DNA from: Laetmonice hystrix
Taxonomy: Eukaryota
Reading direction: 5' to 3'
Assembly: GCA_965235115.1 (NCBI GenBank)
Contig: OZ249436.1
Location: 11,348,001-11,408,000, forward strand
DNA length: 60,000 nt
Shown here: one piece after another, positions 53,301 through 60,000 of the stretch
Numbering within the stretch: the stretch's first letter is position 1
How the letters are laid out: every line of letters starts with the position of its first letter
The notes under the pieces: generated by a model
Seen by the model: only the letters and a program-made list of their open reading frames with translations
Database searches by the model: none
Told to the model about the DNA's origin: nothing
Program-made: the position numbers and the translations under genes

Positions 53301-56300
53301 TTAGTGGTAGCCACCTGAGCTCCCTCACCAGCTCCTGGTCGGTCTGAAGCTCGTACCTCCACCTGTAACACAATCAATTAGTATAATTGACGGTAACCTT
53401 AGTGGTAGCCACCTGAGCTCCCTCACCAGCTCCTGGTCGGTCTGAAGCTCGTACCTCCACCTGTAACACAATCAATTAGTATAATTGACGGTAACCTTAG
53501 TGGTAGCCACCTGAGCTCCCTCACCAGCTCCTGGTCGGTCTGAAGCTCGTACCTCCACCTGTAACACAATCAATCAGTATAATTGACGGTAACCCGAGTG
53601 GTAGCCACCTGAGCTCCCTCACCAGCTCCTGGTCGGTCTGAAGCTCGTACCTCCACCTGTAACACAATCAATCGGTATAATTGACGGTAACCTTAGTGGT
53701 AGCCACCTGAGCTCCCTCACTCCAGCTCCTGGTCGGTCTGAAGCTCGTACCTCCACCTGTAACACAATCAATCAGTCTAATCGCCGGCCCCCAGACTACA
53801 GGAAAATGTGTCTACCGACCAGATATTATGGATTGCCATCAGTGCGATTTCATCTACCAGGATCAAGCCCAGCTGACCACTTACAGAAATAAGAAAACAA
53901 GAGAGACTCTCACCTCGTATTTAATATTCTCCTCGTTGGCGATGGTCCTCTTCAGTGACATTACCCCAGTCATGGTGTCGATGAAGAAGAACCTCTGAGC
54001 CGCCTCGTCTCCAGTTATGTCATAATAGATTCGATCCTGGGTGCAAGGAAGATACAATGAGGACCTTTCAACCGTCAACGATACCGTATAGACTTCAATG
54101 TTTGAGTTATTACTTAATTAATTTTTTGTAATTAGACCTGGCACACTTCAAAGCTGATACTGGATACTTTAATAGAAACACGTTCATAATGTCGGAACCA
54201 CAAAGGAAGGAACTGTCTGATATGTTTTTGAAACAAGAGGTTGCTATCTCACCCCGTCCGTATCCCTGGCCGAGATGGTGATGATGCGCAGCCCCTGTGG
54301 ATAGGTGGCGTTGATGTTGGCCACATAACGGGACTCCGAGAAGGTCGGTTTGTTCTCATTACGTTTGACAACCACATAAACCTCGGCCTTGGTCTGTACT
54401 TGAGGCGTCGCCGCCTCATGAGCAAACACGTTGAGCTGCAACGAGCGCAACAACCACCATCAGCAAAACACGCATTAATGAAAAGAACACAGATTAATGC
54501 ATGCAACATCATAACTGGCTTTCTTCTGCATGCCAGCCCCAATCAGTTTTCTTGAAACAATGCCATTAAGACGCTAAGAGTCTGAACCGACACACACTTG
54601 GCTTTATTGTGCTTTTATTTTTGCAGAACTGAAATCCAGTGTTGCACTTACAGTGTAAGAATTGAGCTGGAGGCTGTCAAGTCGTAGGTCCCGTTTGATG
54701 GAAACGCTGCCTGTGCGTGGGTTGATAGTGAAGAAGTCGGGCGCTGGGTACACTCCACTGATTCCGTACCGAATCTGGCCCTGTCCGTAAAAAAACACAG
54801 ACCGTACTGTAAGAATATTACCAATAACGTCAATCTGAGCTCATTGTGTGTCCGTGAAAAACACATCGTACAGTTATCATACTACCATAACGTAAATCTT
54901 AGCTCAGCTTCTGTCCGTAAAAAAACACATCGTACTGTAAGAAATACTACCAATAACGTCAATCTAAGATAAGCTTCTGTCCGTAAAAAAACACTTCGTA
55001 CTGTTAGAAATACTGCCAATAACGTCAACCTTGGCTGAGCTTCTGTCAGTAAAAAAACACTTCGTACTGTTAGAAATACTACCAATAACGTCAACCTGGG
55101 CTGAGCTTCTGTCCGTAAAAAGCACATCGTACTGTTCGTACAGAAACTTTCATCTCAAATAACAAAAAGGTTGATTATAATTCTACAGATGTGTGCATCA
55201 GACCAAATAGGCTGAGGAGAGAACAATGACATGTATTTGATAAGCGCACTTAAGCAGTAATTGATTATAATCGTCTATGGAAACGCGGATACTCTGAGCA
55301 TTTCTAAAGGCTTTACCATAGAAAATGTTGCATCATACCATCGCTTGGATGTTTATTTGGCAATTCTAATCAATTCAGTCCGCCTCGGTTATGTAAAAAT
55401 ACACTATCACATTAAAAGATACAGGTCTTACGTCAACTAAACACAAAATACACCTTTACGTGATGTCTTTTGAATAGAAAACTATTCTACAGATTAGTAT
55501 CAATTACTTGAAAGACAGAGAACCTTAAGGACTAACGAATTCTTCGTTTAACATCAAACCTGACTTAACACTAAATGTTTCCAATTGTCCTAATAAGGTG
55601 CATCATTCGAGGTTTTGCGATCATTCACAGGCCAGATAAGATATAGATCTATTAGTAATCTAATAAAAGAACTAGACTTAACACGAAATCGTTCTTCACA
55701 GGTTAGAAATCACACGTCCATGCACTGATCAGGCTGTGTACTGTGCGTTTCCTACACATTTCCATCTTATACTAAATACTATACCTTCGATGAAAAGCCT
55801 CCGTTGTCCTGATTCTAATAACACAGGAGTGACATTTACTTGACTATCTGAAGACCTCATATAGAATATACACGTGTCTTAGCCACTTTACCATCTGAAG
55901 ACCTCATATAGAATATACACGTGTCTTTGCCACTTTACCATCTGAAGGCCTCAATAGAATATACAGGGTCCACTTAATCATCGCGCAGACCGGGAGTGGG
56001 GGTTAGGGAGTTTTAAACTACCTTCGACAACCATTTTTTCCTTTTCTTCCATAGAACTTCGTGAATCCTCCTTAACCCACATCCATTTCAAGAATCCAGG
56101 GGATATTCATCAGAATAGTCGCAGGGGCTAAGAAACTAGCTCATACAAATCCGCTTTTCATCCAAAAAATACATTGATCGTTTTTGGTTAATCCCGGAGG
56201 CAACAATTAAGAAGACACTTCTTCAGCTTTTATTATTGCCATCATTATTTTAGACCTACCTTCAACTCTAAAACAAATTAATTGATTAAAGCTATCCATA

Positions 56301-57944
56301 CTGTAACATTCATGTAACAGCAAACTTCAAACATTATGATTCACTGGTCTACTCTGATCTTTTGTTTATACCTAGTGATATTTGCCCTTGTGAATCCCTA
56401 TGTTTTTATGATTGCTCTTACCAAACTTCACTTCCATCCTGATATCAATTAGGCAATAATTTGGCTTGTTTATTTATTTCATTAACACACATTAACGGGC
56501 CTGGACTCATAACCGGAGGTGATCCGGTCACCACTATATAAAGGCTGACCCTCGGCTAACCCGCATGTTATTCCATAAATCAGCGCATGTTGTAATACTG
56601 AACTTCTTCTAAACGGCCTCACTTTGACTAACGACAAAACTTAACCCGCCCAACTACGCCCTTTTCTTGATATTTACTTCATATTTACTATTTTATAATT
56701 TATCACAATCTGTACATAGTAATAATCTTACCTATTTTATGTAACTTATGTGTCCCGAATTCAGGCGGGACAATGTTTTTCCTCGCCAAACTTATTAAAG
56801 TCATCAGGCCTCCGTTTTGTTAATGGTTGTTGTCAATGTCAATAAATTCATTACTACTACGACTTCTACTAATACGTCGAACTGTCCGACAGACCATTCT
56901 GGCACATAGGCCTACAGATTATTACTGCTTTTCTATGGTTTCAGATGTCACCGACAGGTGGCGTCAGGTAAACTGGAAGCGATCACTCACTGCACTTGGT
57001 AGTGTTGCCCGGACACTGCCCACACTGGTGTTGACCGCGGCCGTCTCCGAGACCTCGAAGCGAGACACAGATTGGGAGAAGGTTGGTTTGCTGACTGTTC
57101 TCTGGATACGTACATTCAGGCTTGTCTCGTCTGTCTTTTCTTGGGGGTAGCCTTGGTCGTGAGCAATGATCTTACACTGTAAGCACCAAATGATAACACA
57201 TTAAAGGGTTCCGAATAACGTTAAACTGGTGGTGATTAACTTAGTAACAATACTGCGGCCACATTGAGGCCACTTCACATTGGACTGAGTGCTATAGGAA
57301 GATACCAGGCTTTTTTTACTGAAAAAAAACTATGACAAAAAGAGAGAATAGTTATTAAAGTTGGCAATACATGTATTCTCTTTCTGTCTAAGTTTGGGGT
57401 GGGGGTGGCCAGTCTCACCCTGAATGTATCCTCCTGGATGTCACCTAGAAGCCGTTTCATGGACACGGCCCCACTGTCAGGGTTCACGTACAAGTAGTCG
57501 GAGCACGACTGATTGACCAGGATCTCGTATTTGATTTTGTCGGCCTGGTCGTCGTCAGTGGCCGTTACCTGGGCTACTGACCAGCCCAGTGGAGCGTTAC
57601 CCGACACTGTCGCCTCGTACGTGGATCTCTCAAACTTGGGAGCGTTCTCATTGCGGTTGACGCTGATCGTTAGTTCAGTGTAGACCTTCTCGCCAGGGTT
57701 ACCACTATCGTACGCACCGATTTGTAGCTGTCACAACACAACGGTTAATAATTAGTTAAAGTATCACATAATAATCAGGACCGGATTCACGAGCTTTTCA
57801 ATGGGGGGGGGGGGGGGGGTTGCAGTCGTCTAGTCGTCCGAAATTATAATTATTTAATTACTGCTTCAGATTCTAGATTCACACTGTGGTTCCTGGAGGA
57901 CGGGCATTTGACTTTATTTTTCTTTTCTTTTCTTTAAATAATCT

Positions 57945-57975
<31 letters not shown>

Positions 57976-60000
57976 TTCTAAGGGAGGGGGGTTGCAAGCT
58001 CCACAACCCTCCTGGCTCCGGCCCTGATAATGTATCAATTGATGATGACGTTATTGTCATGTTTTGTTCTCATTATTCTCAGTCAAACAAAGCGCCTGAG
58101 AGCATAGAACACCAACAACAAGTGAAACCGTTAAAATGATGGCTGGCCTCGACTGCCGACCGATGGCACTAACTTACCGTATAGCGGAGCGCCCGGTCCT
58201 CCTTCAGGTCGTTCTTCACCCACACAGTGCCACCTCGCGGATCAACGTGGAAGTAGATTGGTGCTGGCGAGATACCAACAACCTCATACCGAATCTCACC
58301 CTGGTGGGCAAATACAACATTATTACTCCTTCACAAGTAGATATACATCTTTATTATTATCGGGACCAACCTACAACGACCATTTATTTATATTATGAAG
58401 CTATCAAATTGTAAATCTCAACAAAACAGATGATCTTCATCAGGTCAATCTGTGCTAACACACAGCACAAAGTCCTGTGTCTGTCACTGACCTGCAGATC
58501 CTGGTCAGTGGCCCTGACGGTGAATATTCCCGTTCCGTTGCGGACATTTTCTGACACTGTTTGTTGATACGGTCCACTGGTGAATGCTGGCGGATACTGG
58601 TTCCGCTGGACTTTGATTGTCACGGTCGCCTGACCTGACTTTACAGGTCGACCATTGTCAAACGCTCGAACAGTCATCTTCAAACAAAACAAATCGGCAA
58701 ACTTTACTTTATAGTTATCTTCGGGAAATCCAAATGAAGAAGATTTCACAGATTTTGACAGAACCCAAACCTTATGCCTGATACACGATTCATCTTTCTA
58801 TAGCCAAACGTTCCATCAATCAGATAATCTACATGTTTTTCTTTATTAATCCAATATTTATAACTGCCCAACCCCTACCAATTGCTCGCTGAGATTGCGT
58901 TGCCAGACTCTGGTTGTAAACTGAGTTACTCACCCTGTACTCGGTTCCACTTCCCTCTGTCAGACTCTTCCTTAGCATCAGTTGACCAGACTCCTTGTCG
59001 ATGAAGAAGAACTGCAATGCTCCTGTTCCCGCATCCGATAGTGTGTATGTCATGTTGTCCTAGGGTTGGTCAAGTACAAATAATATTAGGGGCTACTCCT
59101 AACAAAATACTTCCATTTCTTGTTATACTACTAGACATACTTTCTCGATGCAACAGAAATGTCTCAGACTCAGCCACGATTTTAACGATCTAAATAAATT
59201 GACAAAATGTTACGATAATACAGCTGTGAGGAGTTTTGTACATGGGAACCGTTAGGTAATGTTCTGTTACGATAATAGAGCTGTGAGGAGTTCTGTACAT
59301 GGGAACCGTTAGGTAATGTTCTGTTAGTGCCTTACCCCATCCTCGTCAGTGGCGACCATCCTAACGACCTCCGTAACTAGCGGGAAGTCGTCGGAGACAG
59401 TTTTCTGGACCGTGTTAGGGTCAAACACTGGAGAGTTGGCGTTACGGTTGACAGTGATGGTTACAAACGTCTTCTGTTTGTTCATTGGGTATGTCGTATC
59501 GAATGCCTCGATCTCCAACTAAAACCACAACAGCTGACATACTGAGCAATATGTGGTATTAAAAACCTTCTTACATGTTGTACAGTGTACCTGAAGGATT
59601 GGGTTGACTTATATGGGAATGGGTTGACTTATATGGGAATGGGTTGACTTATATGGGAATGGGTTGACTTATATGGGAATGGGTTGGCTTATATGGGAAT
59701 GGGTTGACTTATATGGGAATGGGTTGACTTATATGGGAATGGGTTGAATTATATGGGAATGGGTTGGCTTATATGGGAATGGGTTGGCTTATATGGGATT
59801 GGGTTGAATTATATGGGAATGGGTTGGCTTATATGGGAATGGGTTGGCTTATATGGGAATGGGTTGACTTATATGGAATTGGGTTGACTTATATGGGAAT
59901 GGGTTGGCTTATATGGGAATGGGTTGACTTATATGGGATTGTGTTGATTGAGCTAGCTGTACTGACCGTGTAGGAGGTGAGTTGGAGATTGTCATTACGC
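25881..60000 (-). CDS. Large multi-exon cadherin gene, 3' part only (5' end outside the window); Cad99C/PCDH15-like tail with an expanded ectodomain
   Basis: 40 exons assembled by hand with GT/AG boundaries and matching phases, 6514 coding nt, about 2170 aa. Repeated cadherin motifs (PxF..Y..V.E, VxATDxD, F.I...TG.I, A.D.G.P, LDVNDNAPKF), a membrane-adjacent domain, TM APWLALVALAGVLILFCIIGMVIICFTW, and tail YDPVFVEPPSFLKEYETQ...NPIY...NTTIL*. Family assignment is from recalled motif similarity, not a search. Confidence 0.93.
26057..27035. repeat. 15-bp minisatellite (about 65 copies) abutting the last-exon acceptor
   Basis: caacactcggtatgt. Confidence 0.97.
27545..28600. repeat. About 55-65-bp intronic minisatellite (about 18 copies)
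   Basis: ctctaactcccacacttactctacatcaggacactggcagggttcaccc. Confidence 0.95.
28717..28886 (-). CDS. Cadherin cytoplasmic exon SLAMYVPPDE..NPIYQ
   Basis: ttttcag/gtaatt, 170 nt, phase 0/2; NPxY motif. Confidence 0.88.
28858..30113. repeat. 60-bp array (21 copies), each with a 3' splice site plus 29 nt of exon
   Basis: Minus-strand unit ..gcatgttttcag|AGTCTGGCCATGTACGTGCCTCCCGATGA. Confidence 0.97.
30205..30300. repeat. GA/GATA/GGGA microsatellite
   Basis: Seen directly. Confidence 0.85.
33378..33641 (-). mobile_element. tRNA-derived SINE with a V-SINE-like core
   Basis: A box TGGCCGAGTGG, B box GGTTCGATTCC, core ggtttcctccgggtactccggtttcctcc, (CCCA)n tail. Confidence 0.85.
33763..33871 (-). 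CDS. Cadherin cytoplasmic exon ..YDPVFVEPPSFLKEYETQ
   Basis: ttttcag/gtaagt, 109 nt, phase 2/0. Confidence 0.9.
34070..34856. repeat. G-rich array built on copies of the TM-exon donor (CAG|GTACGTA)
   Basis: Recurring ggttggatacgtacctgggg. Confidence 0.92.
34853..35083 (-). CDS. Cadherin transmembrane exon
   Basis: cag/gtacgt, 231 nt, phase 2/2; hydrophobic helix WLALVALAGVLILFCIIGMVIICFTW. Confidence 0.92.
38472..38540 (-). CDS. Cadherin exon ANVWFVAVNSTTMELAKREEVK
   Basis: cag/gtgagt, 69 nt, phase 2/2. Confidence 0.85.
38780..38875 (-). CDS. Cadherin exon LLQGLTGEIIIIEKI.. (membrane-adjacent domain)
   Basis: cag/gtgagt, 96 nt, phase 2/2. Confidence 0.85.
39396..39487 (-). CDS. Cadherin exon VNFIKDEHRMVMEF.. 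(membrane-adjacent domain)
   Basis: cag/gtgaga, 92 nt, phase 0/2. Confidence 0.85.
39650..39874 (-). CDS. Cadherin exon ATDPDAG..SKVV (last EC repeat)
   Basis: tag/gtaagt, 225 nt. Confidence 0.9.
40014..40186 (-). CDS. Cadherin exon SNGF..LDVNDNAPKF..IQVL
   Basis: cag/gtaagt, 173 nt, phase 1/0; canonical DxNDN. Confidence 0.92.
40297..40434 (-). CDS. Cadherin exon KFEAIR..LDRE..GRSKRQ
   Basis: tag/gtaagt, 138 nt, phase 1/1. Confidence 0.88.
40423..41109. repeat. 40-bp array (17 copies) containing a 3' splice site
   Basis: cctcaaacttatctacaataggtacaccatagaaaggtca. Confidence 0.96.
41250..41365 (-). CDS. Cadherin exon VEIPEN..GTNPG
   Basis: cag/gtacgt, 116 nt, phase 2/1. Confidence 0.88.
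41481..41605 (-). CDS. Cadherin exon FQVRAIDQG..RPLY
   Basis: ccctttcag/gtgagt, 125 nt, phase 0/2. Confidence 0.88.
41751..41891 (-). CDS. Cadherin exon SPNAEITY..PSYR
   Basis: cag/gtatgt, 141 nt. Confidence 0.9.
42268..42465. repeat. Degenerate intronic minisatellite next to a donor
   Basis: gtgtttacccctagtgtgacccaccagtgtgaccc. Confidence 0.8.
42478..42846 (-). CDS. Cadherin exon SNSGQLRY..ATDPDSRNQPG
   Basis: tag/gtaagg, 369 nt. Confidence 0.9.
43110..43298 (-). CDS. Cadherin exon LEVEAED..ATDADPSN
   Basis: tag/gtgagc, 189 nt. Confidence 0.9.
43580..43702 (-). CDS. Cadherin exon DGVVYRI..TSFQ
   Basis: cag/gtatca, 123 nt. Confidence 0.9.
43893..44075 (-). CDS. Cadherin exon IAVVATDRG..ATDADN
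   Basis: cag/gtaagt, 183 nt. Confidence 0.9.
44072..45540. repeat. 45/46-bp array (about 31 copies) containing a 3' splice site
   Basis: caatctgtaacacacacgtgtggcttcaatactaccatccccagc. Confidence 0.97.
45634..45783 (-). CDS. Cadherin exon GLSGQITY..TNYK
   Basis: cag/gtgagc, 150 nt. Confidence 0.9.
45803..46456. repeat. 94-bp intronic tandem array (7 copies)
   Basis: cccatatatacccactgtaaactgtcacaaaacatggcgcagatactagc.. Confidence 0.95.
46614..46796 (-). CDS. Cadherin exon IRIVAYD..AKDDDK
   Basis: tag/gtcagc, 183 nt. Confidence 0.9.
47087..47209 (-). CDS. Cadherin exon CPVKYEL..TKYV
   Basis: tag/gtgagt, 123 nt. Confidence 0.9.
47641..47820 (-). CDS. Cadherin exon ITVRAADRG..ATDKD
   Basis: cag/gtaggt, 180 nt. 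Confidence 0.9.
47819..48350. repeat. About 65-72-bp array containing 3' splice site copies
   Basis: atctgtac..tgacgtcatcttaccacttacaatcacagcattaaaacccgctacc. Confidence 0.9.
48563..48694 (-). CDS. Cadherin exon GPNSNVSY..PRYV
   Basis: cag/gtgcgt, 132 nt. Confidence 0.9.
48954..49142 (-). CDS. Cadherin exon LRVLARDQG..ATDADEA
   Basis: tag/gtgagt, 189 nt. Confidence 0.9.
49357..49494 (-). CDS. Cadherin exon GPKSQITY..TSYR
   Basis: cag/gtgagt, 138 nt. Confidence 0.9.
49836..50021 (-). CDS. Cadherin exon LLIAVYDSG..AADDDLE
   Basis: cag/gtaggc, 186 nt. Confidence 0.9.
50426..50737 (-). CDS. Cadherin exon LKVKATD..TSYL
   Basis: cag/gtgggt, 312 nt. Confidence 0.9.
50870..50992 (-). CDS. Cadherin exon DQVRYSL..SEFN
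   Basis: cag/gtaaga, 123 nt. Confidence 0.9.
51067..52148. repeat. About 81-100-bp array (12 copies) containing the exon end plus 5' splice site
   Basis: Minus strand TACTGCTACCGACGCTGACGAG|gtgggg.. Confidence 0.96.
52126..52308 (-). CDS. Cadherin exon VRVIAFD..ATDADE
   Basis: cag and weak donor gtgggg, 183 nt. Confidence 0.88.
52557..52682 (-). CDS. Cadherin exon GDIVYQ..TDYI
   Basis: cag/gtacgt, 126 nt. Confidence 0.9.
53171..53362 (-). CDS. Cadherin exon VEVRASD..ATDRDRV
   Basis: cag/gtcagt, 192 nt. Confidence 0.9.
53292..53778. repeat. 98-bp array (5 copies) of 3' splice site plus 71 nt of exon
   Basis: Minus strand tgattgtgttacag|GTGGAGGTACGAGCT.. Confidence 0.96.
53914..54036 (-). 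CDS. Cadherin exon DRIYYD..IKYE
   Basis: cag/gtgaga, 123 nt. Confidence 0.9.
54253..54435 (-). CDS. Cadherin exon LNVFAHE..ARDTDG
   Basis: cag/gtgaga, 183 nt. Confidence 0.9.
54652..54780 (-). CDS. Cadherin exon GQIRYG..NSYT
   Basis: cag/gtaagt, 129 nt. Confidence 0.9.
54781..55135. repeat. About 70-bp array (5-6 copies) containing 3' splice site copies
   Basis: ctgtccgtaaaaaaacac..cgtactgt..taccaataacgtcaa. Confidence 0.88.
56991..57176 (-). CDS. Cadherin exon CKIIAHDQG..ATLPSA
   Basis: cag/gtgagt, 186 nt. Confidence 0.9.
57419..57727 (-). CDS. Cadherin exon LQIGAYDSG..DTFR
   Basis: cag/gtgaga, 309 nt. Confidence 0.9.
57776..58026. mobile_element. Small non-autonomous DNA transposon in an intron
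   Basis: Imperfect TIRs CAGGACCGGATTCA...CTGGCTCCGGCCCTG, flanked by ATAAT on both sides; internal poly-G. Confidence 0.55.
58178..58300 (-). CDS. Cadherin exon GEIRYEV..LRYT
   Basis: cag/gtaagt, 123 nt. Confidence 0.9.
58492..58677 (-). CDS. Cadherin exon MTVRAFDNG..ATDQDLQ
   Basis: ag/gtcagt, 186 nt. Confidence 0.9.
58934..59059 (-). CDS. Cadherin exon DNMTYTL..TEYR
   Basis: ag/gtgagt, 126 nt. Confidence 0.9.
59336..59518 (-). CDS. Cadherin exon LEIEAFD..ATDEDG
   Basis: ag/gtaag boundaries, 183 nt, phase 0/0. Confidence 0.9.
59595..59950. repeat. 20-bp minisatellite (about 18 copies)
   Basis: gggaatgggttgacttatat. Confidence 0.96.
59967..60000 (-). CDS. Cadherin exon (partial) RNDNLQLTSYT
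   Basis: Donor gtcagt at 59966; paralogous to exon 54652-54780. Confidence 0.8.

Overview
This is eukaryotic DNA, inferred to be from an invertebrate, probably a lophotrochozoan. The right 34 kb hold the 3' part of a very large minus-strand cadherin gene. I could assemble 40 phase-consistent GT-AG exons (about 2170 aa) encoding roughly 17-18 EC repeats, a membrane-adjacent domain, one TM helix and a Cad99C/PCDH15-type tail ending in a PDZ ligand (TTIL). At least 8 of its introns carry tandem arrays whose unit contains a copy of the adjacent splice site plus exon-edge sequence, and one of these is an in-frame 60-bp acceptor ladder. At 15505-23102 lies a 7.6-kb element with no recognisable RT or recombinase ORF and an A...B-A-B split-direct-repeat architecture (Ngaro/TOC1-type). 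It is inserted through a shared ATAAA core into a TA-flanked foldback MITE, and has covarying stem-loops in its B repeat and internal satellite arrays. The left end has a probable small secreted-protein gene whose second exon is disrupted by a 2.5-kb minisatellite grown from its own coding sequence. MITEs, a V-type SINE and many mini- and microsatellites are also present.
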